64,000 nucleotides of DNA from the human T2T-CHM13v2.0 reference genome, Homo sapiens, in NCBI RefSeq assembly GCF_009914755.1, contig NC_060932.1; one strand, 5' to 3'. The position numbers were made by a program, and so were the translations under genes. The first letter of the stretch is position 1. The number at the start of each line of letters is the position of its first letter. This document shows positions 1 to 12,383 of the stretch, piece after piece. A model generated the notes under the pieces. That model was given only the letters and a program-made list of their open reading frames with translations, searched no databases and had not been told where the DNA came from.

Positions 1-114
1 TTTAATCTTTTGAATCTTTTGTGTTTGAGGGGCAGGCCAAAATTGGTTCATAAGTGGAGAAAAAGAATGAACAGTACTTATCCTTCAAAATGCTAGGGAA
101 AACCATGACATTGA

Positions 115-1273
<1,159 letters not shown>

Positions 1274-1505
1274 CTAGGATAAATTCTTAGTGCTGAAATT
1301 GCTGGGTAAAAAATTATATACACATTTTATATGTTGATACATACAAGCAACCTAGCAGAAAACTTGTTCCTATCTATATTCCCAGTATGCTCATTTTACT
1401 ATACCTTGAATGGGTTAAAAAAACTACTTATCAATGATGACTTTTATGCAGATTTCTGATCACTGGCCAAGACTGCACATCTTTTTGAATGTTTTCTAGT
1501 CACTT

Positions 1506-2165
1506 GTCTTAAATCTGTTTGGACTGCTATAACAAAATACCACAAACAGTAGTTTAAAAACAACAGAAATGTATTTCTCAGTTCTGGAAGCTGGGAAGTC
1601 CAAGATGAAGGGACAAGCAGATTCAGTGTCTGGAAGAGCCCTGTTCCTCATAGACAGCACCTTGTCACTGCACATAGTGGAAGGATAAACAAGCTCTTCC
1701 ACAAGCCTCTTTTATAAGGGCTCTACTCCCATTTGTGTGGACTCTGTCCTCATGACCTAATCACCTCAAAGGCCCCACTTTTTTTTTTTTTTTTTTTTGA
1801 GACAGAGTCTCGCTCTGTCTCCCAGGCTGGAGTGCAGTGGCACGATCTTGGCTCACTGCAACCTCTGCTCCCAGGTTCAAGTGATTCTTTTGCCTCAGCT
1901 TCCTGAGTAGCTGGGATTACAGGTCTGCGCCACGATGCCTGGCTAGTTTTTGTGTTTTTAGTAGAGATGGGGTTTCACCATGTTGGTCAGGCTGGTCTTG
2001 AACTCCTGACCCTTTGATCGGCCCACCGTGGCCTCCCAAAATGCTGGGATTACAGGAATGAACCACTGCATCCGGCCCGGCCCCACTTCTTAATACCATT
2101 ACCATGGGGCTTAGGTTTCAGCATATACATTCTGGGGAGAACACAAATGCTCAGGCCATGGCACT
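1506..2165 (-). mobile_element. MLT1A-like (ERVL-MaLR) solo LTR interrupted by an Alu (1779-2078)
   Basis: 'ctgctataacaaaataccaca...cagttctggaagctgggaagtccaagat...gacctaatcacct'; Alu flanked by target-site duplication GGCCCCACTT (1771-1780, 2079-2088). Confidence 0.75.
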
Positions 2166-2547
2166 TGTGTTTCAGATGGTAGCACTTTGTATATGATTTT
2201 TTAATACATGGCCTCCGCACATTTTTTCTTCCACTATATTTGAGTTTTTAAAATTGATTAGGCCTCTGTGTATATCAGTGATATTAAGCCTTTGTCTATC
2301 ACATATGTCACAGATTTCTTTTTCCTAGTTCACTTTAAAAATCCTTTGTTTATAAAATGTTCATTCCCTTTGCCACAGATTCCCCTTTTTAGAATTCACC
2401 CTAACGAAGTAGTATTTACAAAGTTTTACTTTCAAGTATGTTCACTGAAGAACTGTTTATAATGGTAAAAAAAAGAAAAACCCACAAAGCCCACCTGTAA
2501 ACAATGAAATGTTTAACAGTGGAACACTGGTTAAATCATTTTTAAAT

Positions 2548-2846
2548 TTTTATTTTTTATTTTTTGAGACAAGAGTCTTGCTCTGTTGCCCAAGCTGGAG
2601 TGCAGTGGTGCCGATCTCAGCTCACTGCAACCTCCCCATCCCGGGTTCAAGCGATTCTCCTGCCTCAGCCTCCCAAGTAGCTAGGGCTACAGGTGCACGC
2701 CACCACACCCAGCTAATTTTTGTATTTTTAGTAAAGACAGGGTTTTACCATGTTGCCCAGGCTGGTCTGAAACTCCTGACCTCAGGTGATATGCCCGCCT
2801 TGGCCTCCCAAGGTGGGATTACAGGCATGAGCCACTATGCCCGGCT
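2548..2846 (-). mobile_element. Alu (S-type)
   Basis: Full-length antisense Alu with T-rich tail; flanking repeat gttaaatca. Confidence 0.9.
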
Positions 2847-3399
2847 AGTTAAATCAATGATGATATATCCATAGTCATTGAAATGATACAAAAAATATTT
2901 CATTATATTAAAACATATTATTAACTAAAAGCACAAATATCTAGGATCTATAACTTATAAACACCAAAAAAAATTTTTTTTTAGCTAGGCACAGAGAAAA
3001 AGGAGACTGTATTTATACAACAGTGGTTAATTCTGGGTACTAGAAATAGGGGTGATCCTTTTTTTCTTTTCCTCAATGAGATAATTGAACAAGAAAATTT
3101 AAAATTTATTGTAGCTTATAGTTATGCAGATATATAGTAGCCAACAGTGCCTTAGACTGCAGGGCATTATTCCTGTCTGTAATCTTACAAACTTAACTTC
3201 TGCCTCATTCAGTAACCTCAAGTAAGTTGTTTAGCCTTTTTGCACATGGGTCTCCTCATCTGTTAAACGATGATAATAATACCTATCATGAATTAACTCA
3301 GGGAGGTTCTGTAAACCCAATGTTTGTAATTCACTATAAACTACATAGAAAATGGCACTAATACTATTTATATCTAACTATGATTATTACTATTTTTAA

Positions 3400-3930
<531 letters not shown>

Positions 3931-4675
3931 CACTCAGTACCTTTAAGAAGAATATTTTTGCACTAAGCCAAAAAAAAAAAAAAAAAAAGGAAAAGGAAAC
4001 AAAGAAAAAGTTGCCTACCAAAATTGACTGCAAGGGAAGATATAATAAATTATTCAACAAACACTTACTACTTGCCTACTATGTACTGGTGGGGGTGGGA
4101 TGGAGGTATAAGACAGTTCCTGTTCTCATGTGCTTCATTTTGGTGGATAACTCATGTCAATCCCACAGACAGAAAGGCTACTGTCCCTAGAGCCTAAAGA
4201 GGCAAAGTACCTCTACCAAGGCAGTGAACGACAGTCAAGTTTGACCCTCAAAGATCAGCTGGGCCAGGTATAGAAGGTAAGCCCCATCACAGAGATATGG
4301 TGAGCCAGTAACAAGTGTAATCTACAGGAGTTTTACGTGGGGTAAGGTGAAATTAGGGGACAAATTGGTTGGGGATGCCCCATTCTTAAGGGGTTCCCCT
4401 GGTAAGCATAAGGGGGAATTCCCTTGAATATGGTAGTACCCTAACAATAAGTATAGGGGTTAGAGGGGAGAACACATCCCTGCTTGCTAGTAGGAGACTG
4501 GAAGGGCTTGGGGAATTCCTAAAAACTCCATTTACAGTGTAGGAGATCCCCTTCTGTTACTCAAAGTTCCCTTCTTACAGAGTATTCTGAGACATTTGTG
4601 ATTAGTATCCCCTTGAGCTTTGTTTCTAATTTCCACCTTCTTTCAGGGCTCAGAGGAAGAAAACTGAATACATAT

Positions 4676-4680
<5 letters not shown>

Positions 4681-4716
<36 letters not shown>
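4681..4716. repeat. (CA)18 microsatellite
   Basis: Direct reading; degenerate TA/CA flanks. Confidence 0.95.
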
Positions 4717-4724
<8 letters not shown>

Positions 4725-5123
4725 ATGATAAATATATAAATACACAAGCATGCATACTCAATCACACACAAACACACACACATCACCCTGATACTGTTAG
4801 TTCAGTGGTCCTAGAATTTAAGTCATTTATTTGTACCACTTGACTCTAGTGTCATTCATTCCTAATTAGTCCATGTTTAAACATAACTTCAGATAGAAGA
4901 CAATGAGGATTTTATAAAACATAAGGTAAGATATATGTCTGAGAAAAAGGCAGGTCTGACACAATTATGGATTTAAACGTTTTTGGTTGATTCTGGCACT
5001 ATTAGCAAAAATAATACATAAATTTATATAGTGCCTACTATGTAGTAGGATACGAGATAAGAAGTAGCAAAGATTTGAATTTAACAGTTTTTGAATGAAA
5101 ACAAGCTTTAGAGCTGAAATAAA

Positions 5124-5416
5124 ATTTTTTTTTTTTTCAGATGGAATCTCGCTCTGTCGCCCAGGCTGGAGTGCAATGGCATGATCTCAGCTCACTGCAA
5201 CCTCCGCCTCTCTGGTTCAAGTGATTCTTCTACCTCAGCCTCCTGAGTAGCTGGGATTATAGGCGAGCGCCACCACACCTGGCTAATTTTTTGAATTTTT
5301 AGTAGAGACGGGGTTTCACCATGTTGGTCAGGCTGGTCTTGAACTCCAGACCTCATGATCCGCCCGTCTCGGCCCCCAAAGTGCTGGGATTACAGGCGTG
5401 AGCCACCGTGCCCAGC
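5124..5416 (-). mobile_element. Alu (S-type)
   Basis: Full-length antisense Alu; flanking repeat aaataaaa. Confidence 0.9.
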
Positions 5417-6149
5417 AAAATAAAAATTTTTAAGTCCATTTTCATTTCCCATCACCTTGATCCTAGATAAGTAATTAACTTCAGTAACTCTTCCCTCTTT
5501 TTATGGGGGTGGAGGCTGTGGTGATTAACATATAATAAATGTATTTATTTTCAAAATGCCTAGAATGAAAAAAAAACACGCATTAAAAACAGAGCACAAG
5601 TATTATTATGGCATTCTTCCATATGTGGCACATATTATACAGCCTCACTTGGCAGAGTTCTCTTATTTCTTAAGGGTACGAATTAGGTCAAGATCAGACT
5701 CCACTGTCTTAAGCTTCCCAGCAACTAAAACAAAGCAGGACAAAACAAACAAACAAACAAACAAAAACACCCTACAACTGTACCCACCTGAAGAACTATA
5801 TCAGAATTTCAAGCTCTTGGTCACTGGTGGCCAGGTGACAATATGTTTATTACCGGAAAAATAACTCAAAGCCAAAATCCTTTTGTGGCAGGGTAGTACT
5901 GTCATTCTTTACATTAAAATTACATGTAATCTACAAGATAAAACCAATGTTTTTTGTTTGATATACAACACTGCTCATCAACAGGTACTAAAAATTACAA
6001 TGAATGAAGTGAATGTTGCTTTGAATAAATGTATACAATTAATATGAGTCTGGATGTGGATTCATGTTAGTCCATTTAAAAAATATTAAGAAAAACGGTC
6101 TTTTATAATGTTTGAGAAGACTTGTTTATTTAAATATTTATTTATTTTT

Positions 6150-6244
6150 AAAAGACTAGTCAAGTGGAAGTGGGGAAAGAGTGGTACAACGGGCAACCAA
6201 CTGTGAATAACCAATTGAGACAATTCACTACCTTGGGACCAGCC
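6150..6244 (-). pseudogene. Y1 RNA (RNY1-like) retropseudogene, near full length with internal deletions
   Basis: Reverse strand reads GGCTGGTCCCAAGGTAGTGAATTGTCTCAATTGGTTATTCACAGT...CACTTGACTAGTCTTT, matching the recalled hY1 5' and 3' ends; A-rich tail appears as T-rich 6125-6149. Confidence 0.88.
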
Positions 6245-7343
6245 AAAGCTTGCTTTTTAAAGTAACCTTGAAATACATACCATATTCCATATTATACAAA
6301 GCTTTACATATTGCTCTTAGTTTTGAAATAGAAAAAGAACTTTTGAAGAGAATAAGAATCATAAAACTAGTCTAAAAATTGTAACACCTGTTCTTCATAA
6401 AACATATATAACTTTATTTACATTAATACATTATTTAGGAGGTTCAAGCCTTTAACATAACCCTTCCCATTAATCTATAACTGTAAAGAGTTCATGTATA
6501 TTTCTCATTTTCTGCACATATGTATTAATGTAAAAAATTTGTCCTGCCGTATTTTTTTTAGTCAACAATTATCTGGAGCATTTTATCAGTTCGTGATTCA
6601 ACTTCTAATACATATGTCGCTTAAGAGTAAAAAGCCCCTCCATAACTTGAAAACATCTTTTTTTTCTTAACCTGAAATAGGCTTAAATTCTCACATTGTC
6701 AGATGAGTCTTAACACTTTAGTATTTGCTAAATTTAGCATATTAAAATTTTTTAAAAGGAGTATAAGGGCCCTAAATTGGAAAAAAAAACTCTACTACGA
6801 TCATAACTGTGGGATTTCATTTCCAGTTCATTCTGTCAGAATCAATCTAAAGTCCATGTAATGTAAACAGTTCGAAAAAAGTCTTAAAAATGAATTGTTG
6901 ACTTTAAACACACAATCTTCGGAGCCGCTCACAACGTCCGTAGAAGCAGACTCCTCCCCGCTCCTGGGGAAAACCCTGCCTAATATTTATAACGTTATGA
7001 CATACTGTAATACTCACAAGGTGGTTGTAGAAGTATAAACACGACTGGAGTTATCTGATTGGCTGCTGGTGATGTAACACCCATGTCAATACTTCCCAGT
7101 GAACGCACGTGTTCGACCTTTTATTTAAATTTCCATTTCATCACAGCAATAAGACACTCGGGGCGGTGCATTTTCTGTGAAATGACTACTGTCCGGGGCC
7201 CGAGGTGCTGCCTCGCACAATGCATCAAAGGAGGTTGTGTCCGTGGTCGTAACCTCTTCGCGTGAAAGGCACCGCCTGGTCCAGTCTTTGTGAAGGAACA
7301 AAATAAGTTCACTTCCTTGGGCACCGCCACCCACCCTCAGCAA

Positions 7344-7439
7344 ATGACAAGGCTGGAGCGCAGCTCCCACCGCACAGTTATTTGCAAAGTCCCAGGTGAA
7401 CTCGTGGCGAGAGAAGGAAAATGCGCGTCCCGGGCGCGG
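7344..7439 (+). CDS. ZBTB10: Candidate alternative first coding exon of ZBTB10 (MTRLERSSHRTVICKVPGELVAREGKCASRAR)
   Basis: ATG 7344; exactly 32 codons, then CGG|GTAGGT donor in phase 0, compatible with the exon 2 acceptor; predicts 579 aa. Weak Kozak context (caaATGa). Confidence 0.6.
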
Positions 7440-8346
7440 GTAGGTGCGTGTGGGCAGCGGGGAGGCGGCCAGACCCTGACACTCGCCAGCTGTTTGTCCT
7501 CCGCGTAGCCCGGCCCCGGCCGCACACGCCCGCCCCCTCCCTGAGACCCCCAGCCCGCCGCCCGGCCTTTTGTCCCCAACCCCTCGGCCGACTTCCTTCC
7601 CCGCGGCCGCACCCCCGCCCCCAGGCCGGAGGCGCAGCCCAGCCCCTTTCCCGGTCCCCTGGCGCCCCCACCCCACCCCAGCCCAGCCCCAAGCCCAGCC
7701 CCCCTCCCCCAGCCCGGCCCCCACCCTTTCCCCCTCCAGCGGTTACTGCTACCCCGGTGCATTGTGGGCGCACGGTCCGTTGTTCATTTGCCATTCGACC
7801 TCCGCCAGGGCCTGGTCGGACGGAAACGCTCCGCCGGCTTTATTGTCGCTTCGTTATGTGGCGGAGCCGAGCAGTTTAGCGTGCCTCTCACCCTCAGCGC
7901 CTGCGAAGCCGGCGGCGGCGTCGGGACTCCTCGGCGCGCGGAGGAAGGATATCTGTGTGGAGGATCGGTGTGTGCGCGCGCGGCTTTAAAGAGGGGGCAG
8001 CGGAGGGTCTCCCCGCACTCCGCTGCTCAACTTCGAAGGCCTCGCTCGCTGCAGGCTCGCTCCTCACCTCTCCGCCGCCCGCCCCCTTCTCCGCGCGGGA
8101 CGCTGCCCGGAGCGCGGCGGGGCGGGGGTGGAGGACGAGAGAGCGGTCGGAGGCGTCGGCCCGGCAGCGGCAGCGGCAGCGGACGCGTGCAGCAGACCCG
8201 GGAGCGAGCGCGAGCCGGGCTGCCGGGCGAGAGGGCGAGGCCGAGCCCCGCGAGACCGGAACGCCGGGGGCGGGGGCGAGACAGAGGGGGAGCCGCGGGG
8301 AGCGCGCGGGACGCGGCCCGAGGCCGTGCGCGAGCCGGGGCACCGG

Positions 8347-8367
8347 GCGGCGGCGGCGGCGGCGGCG
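8347..8367 (+). repeat. (GCG)7 trinucleotide repeat 6 nt upstream of the start codon
   Basis: gcggcggcggcggcggcggcg-cgcgcc-ATG read directly. Confidence 0.95.
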
Positions 8368-8373
8368 CGCGCC

Positions 8374-9345
8374 ATGTCGTTCAGTGAAATGAACCGCAGG
8401 ACGCTGGCGTTCCGAGGAGGCGGGTTGGTCACCGCTAGCGGCGGCGGCTCCACGAACAATAACGCTGGCGGGGAGGCCTCAGCTTGGCCTCCGCAGCCCC
8501 AGCCGAGACAGCCCCCGCCGCCAGCGCCGCCCGCGCTTCAGCCGCCTAATGGGCGGGGGGCCGACGAGGAAGTGGAATTGGAGGGCCTGGAGCCCCAAGA
8601 CCTGGAGGCCTCCGCCGGGCCGGCCGCCGGCGCCGCCGAGGAAGCCAAGGAGTTGCTGCTCCCCCAAGACGCGGGCGGCCCCACCTCGCTTGGCGGTGGC
8701 GCGGGGGGCCCCCTGCTAGCGGAAAGGAACCGTCGGACTCTGGCCTTCCGAGGCGGCGGCGGCGGGGGTCTCGGCAACAATGGCAGTAGCCGCGGCCGCC
8801 CCGAGACCTCGGTGTGGCCCTTGAGGCATTTCAATGGGCGAGGGCCGGCGACTGTGGATCTGGAGCTGGACGCGCTGGAGGGGAAGGAGTTGATGCAGGA
8901 CGGCGCGTCCCTGAGCGACAGCACCGAGGACGAGGAGGAGGGGGCGAGCCTGGGCGACGGCAGCGGGGCGGAAGGCGGCAGCTGCAGCAGCAGCAGGCGG
9001 TCGGGCGGCGATGGCGGGGACGAAGTGGAGGGCAGCGGTGTGGGAGCTGGCGAAGGAGAGACTGTCCAGCACTTCCCGCTCGCGCGGCCCAAGTCTCTAA
9101 TGCAGAAGCTCCAATGCTCCTTCCAGACCTCCTGGCTCAAGGACTTTCCCTGGCTGCGCTATTCCAAGGATACTGGTCTTATGTCTTGCGGCTGGTGCCA
9201 AAAGACCCCTGCAGATGGGGGAAGCGTGGACCTTCCCCCAGTGGGGCATGATGAGCTTTCGCGAGGGACCCGCAACTACAAGAAAACCCTCCTCCTGAGG
9301 CACCACGTCTCTACCGAGCACAAACTCCACGAAGCCAACGCCCAG
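8374..9345 (+). CDS. ZBTB10: ZBTB10 coding exon 1 (aa 1-324): Gly/Pro/acidic low-complexity N-terminus plus TTF-type zinc-finger-like motif
   Basis: gccATGtcg start inside the CpG island; reads [17 protein letters not shown]...KLHEANAQ; ends at CAG|GTACAG donor (phase 0). Sequence recognised as the ZBTB10 N-terminus. Confidence 0.95.
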
Positions 9346-11824
9346 GTACAGTATATCCTGCTCCTACTTTTTTGAGATCTTTTAGGGAAAGGTTTATCAG
9401 CACTCCCTTCACCCCCACCCACCCCCGAAAAAAAACCTCAAAACCATTTTCCTGGGTGAAGACATCGTTCCACTTGAGAGGTGCGGGAAGCTTAGGCGTG
9501 GGGGTTTAGAAAGCCTGGGAACAAGTTTTATAAAAGTTCTGTATGTGTTGTGGGGGGAAGGGGATGGAATGACAATTGTCGTGGCGCTGGATTTTCTTTT
9601 TTATGACTCAGATTTCTTATCAGATTGAATCAAAAAGAAAGTGAGGTTGAAGGTTTTAACCTAAAAGGCTGACTTTGCGGTAAAAAAATTTTATTAGCTG
9701 TGATTTTAGAGAAGCTGGTCTATGCTCACAGACGTTTAGTGTGCTGGTCGAAGTCAAATCGGGCAACTCTTTGAAGAATGGATTAAACAGTTTACCTTTA
9801 AGGCTACCCCTTTCAGGAAAACGTCCAGCCGAAAAAATTCTTTATATGAAATCAAAATAATGTCAAGTATGAGAGCAGTATGTAAATGTAGAGAATGCTA
9901 TTTGGAATTCCTTGCTCTTGTGAATAATTTTACTAAATTAATCTCTGTTGAACTTTCTTACTACGGCTTGGTTTTGGTAAATTATTGTAGTTTTTACTTG
10001 TTTACTTTTACTCAGATTTTTGTGCTGAGATTTCTTTTTGTACTGTTCCTTTTCAGAAAGATTTTTAAATGCAGTTTCCAATAAGTACTTTAAGCTTAGC
10101 ATTAGAAATGTTTAATGTGTAGTTATTTGTATCAAGTAGTGGATTTGGATTGGTAGGGAATTTATTTACCAAACACCGTGAAAGTGCTTACAAAACAAGT
10201 AAGCTGTATTTTAGTTCTTAGTCCTTGTTTTAACATTTCCAGTCTAAAGATAGTAAGCCTTACTATTTTGATAATCTGTGTTCAAGCCAAACAGATGTTG
10301 ATCAGTCCTCCTTTTTGACTTTAAGGCAACCTGTGGTGGTGGATGGAATTCATTCTTTCGTATTGGTTAGCCAGTCGTTGATTTTATAAAGTTAGCTCTT
10401 AGTATTCTGTTTATTGGAATGATTCTGCCGTTCAGCACACTTACCCTGGGGTTAATTAGGCGCACCAGTAACCCCACAGACACAGCACCCATGTTTCTCA
10501 GAAGTTAGGGCTTTAACTTTAAAGCACAGGGTGATCCCCCGCCCCCGCCCCAGTGGACAATGTAGTAGGGTTTTTGTTGTTGTTTTGCACACATTTTAGT
10601 TGCCTAAGCCCTAGAAGGAAGGTCATTTAAAGATACAAGGCCGAGAAAGGTTAAGTAAATTGTCCTAAGAGTCTGGGGTGACCCAACTGAGACTAGAGCC
10701 TGTAAGGAATGTCGTAATGGAAAAAGAATGGATTTGGAGTAAATCTGGGTTCAGATCTCAGCTTTCTGCAATTAACTAGCTTTGTGAGCTTGGGCAATAG
10801 AGTGAAATGGAACTAACAGCTCCTGGTTTTCCGTGTGCCAAACACATTTATTCTGCAAAGTATTTATTTTTTGTTCCCATTTTACAGAAGAGGAATCTAA
10901 AGCCTTAAAGGGTTAAGTAACATTCCTGAAGTTATGTAGTAAGATGATGGAGTTGCAAGGGACTTGTGAAAATGAAAGTTTAATTTTCCAAATAGGGCTA
11001 TGTTGGTTACTTAGAAAATTTTAAATGGGATGAATTTTCTTAATCGGCTGTGGACCAATTCCTCTTTATCAGCATAGTCTCTCCCTGTAGGCAAATCTGA
11101 ATGGGAATGCAAATTATAATTAGCTCCTTTAGTGAACCTGAAATCAGAAGAAGGGGCATTAATTGGATAACCTTAAGGTAGCCTCAGCTTGAGTGTATTC
11201 TTCTCCTCTGGGTATGTATCTGCGTCTTGGAATTCCTAGGAAAAACCTTTCTAAACTTGACCCGAACTACGACTCTCTTCCTCATCACTCCTTTAAATTC
11301 CCCCATCAATGTAATCTGCAGGCCATCTCCTTTCTTTGGGACATTCTATACAATATACATATATTAAGGGCTACAGTTTTAGTAAGTCCTGTGTGTCCTA
11401 AGGTTATATATTGGTCTCCTTGATTGGATTTTGGGTGTTTTCACTTTGAATTGATCTTAATCATTTATTACTTTCATTATAACTAATCTTGAGGGGATAT
11501 CTTGTTATCAACCCCCCAGGTACCACCTATATAAATACCTGTTTGTCTTAACATGAGTAACATGAGTAACAGGTTCCTGATCTCTTTTGGGCAGAGTGCA
11601 ATCATTTTGTTTTTCGTTTTTCTTCAGTCTCCAATTACCTATAGGAGGCAGTATAACACAACACGTAATGTAAGCGCCTACTTGGGCTTAAGGTCAGAGG
11701 ACTTTGCTCTTAAATCTCTACTTTTTAGGCAGGCAAATTAGTTAACTTCTAGTTTCGTTATGTATGCAAAGTATATGTGCCAGCATAAAACCACTTAGTG
11801 CCGTTATTTATTATCATTATTACC

Positions 11825-12102
11825 TTTTTGTTTTGTTTTTTTGAGACAGTGACTCTATTGCCCAGGCTGGAGTGCAGTGGTGAGATAAAGGCTCACTGCA
11901 GCCTCCTGGGCTCAGGCATCCTCCCGAGTAGCTAGAACTACAGGTGCGCGCCACCATTCCTGGCTAATTTTTAAGTTTTTTGTTGAAACGGGAGTCTCGC
12001 TATGTTGCCCAGGCTGGTCTCAACCTTTTGGGCTCAAGCAATTCTCCCACCTTGACCTCCCCAAAATGCTGGGATTACAGGTGTGAGCCACTGAGCCTGG
12101 CC
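11825..12102 (-). mobile_element. Alu (J-like)
   Basis: Diverged antisense Alu (cactgcagcc, gggctcaagc). Confidence 0.85.
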
Positions 12103-12383
12103 GTTATTACTCATTTTGATCACCAATCAGTTCTCCTTTTTATACCTTCAGAGACTTTGTGGCCATCAGGTTCTTTGAACATTCTGAGCCTATTTCTCAT
12201 ACATGCAGTTTTTCTCAGCTTCACAAAGACACTCTTAATATCTTGTCTTAAAAACATGGAAATGAGAGTTTTAGAATTCTTTAGGCAAGAAATCACTTTG
12301 AGTCTAGGAGTACTAAACTCCTATTTTCCCAATTATTTCTCAAAGAGTCCCGTTTCTGAGAGGAATTTGGCCACATCTTAACA

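Larger units (their letters stand above)
6900..9350. promoter_or_regulatory. CpG island / promoter region of ZBTB10
   Basis: Abrupt rise in GC content and CpG density against AT-rich flanks; GC boxes; inverted CCAAT (ATTGG 7058-7062); E-box CACGTG 7106-7111. Confidence 0.92.

Noticed and set aside
4190-4660. G-rich stretch that might be an old LTR
   Set aside because: I could not assign ends, a TSD or a family by eye.
7044-7062. Possible ERSE (CCAAT-N9-CCACG) on the minus strand
   Set aside because: The second half reads ACTGG on + rather than CGTGG, so it does not match the consensus.
7121-9330. Multiple long overlapping ORFs on both strands in the CpG island (e.g. 7125-7724 -, 7764-8387 +, 8538-9140 -, 8814-9251 +)
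   Set aside because: Stop-codon scarcity in very GC-rich DNA and antisense shadows of exon 1; Gly/Arg/Pro/Ala low complexity with no recognisable domain.
9346-9375. ORF continuation VQYILLLLF* after exon 1
   Set aside because: Intronic read-through past the CAG|GTACAG donor; no support for a separate terminal exon.
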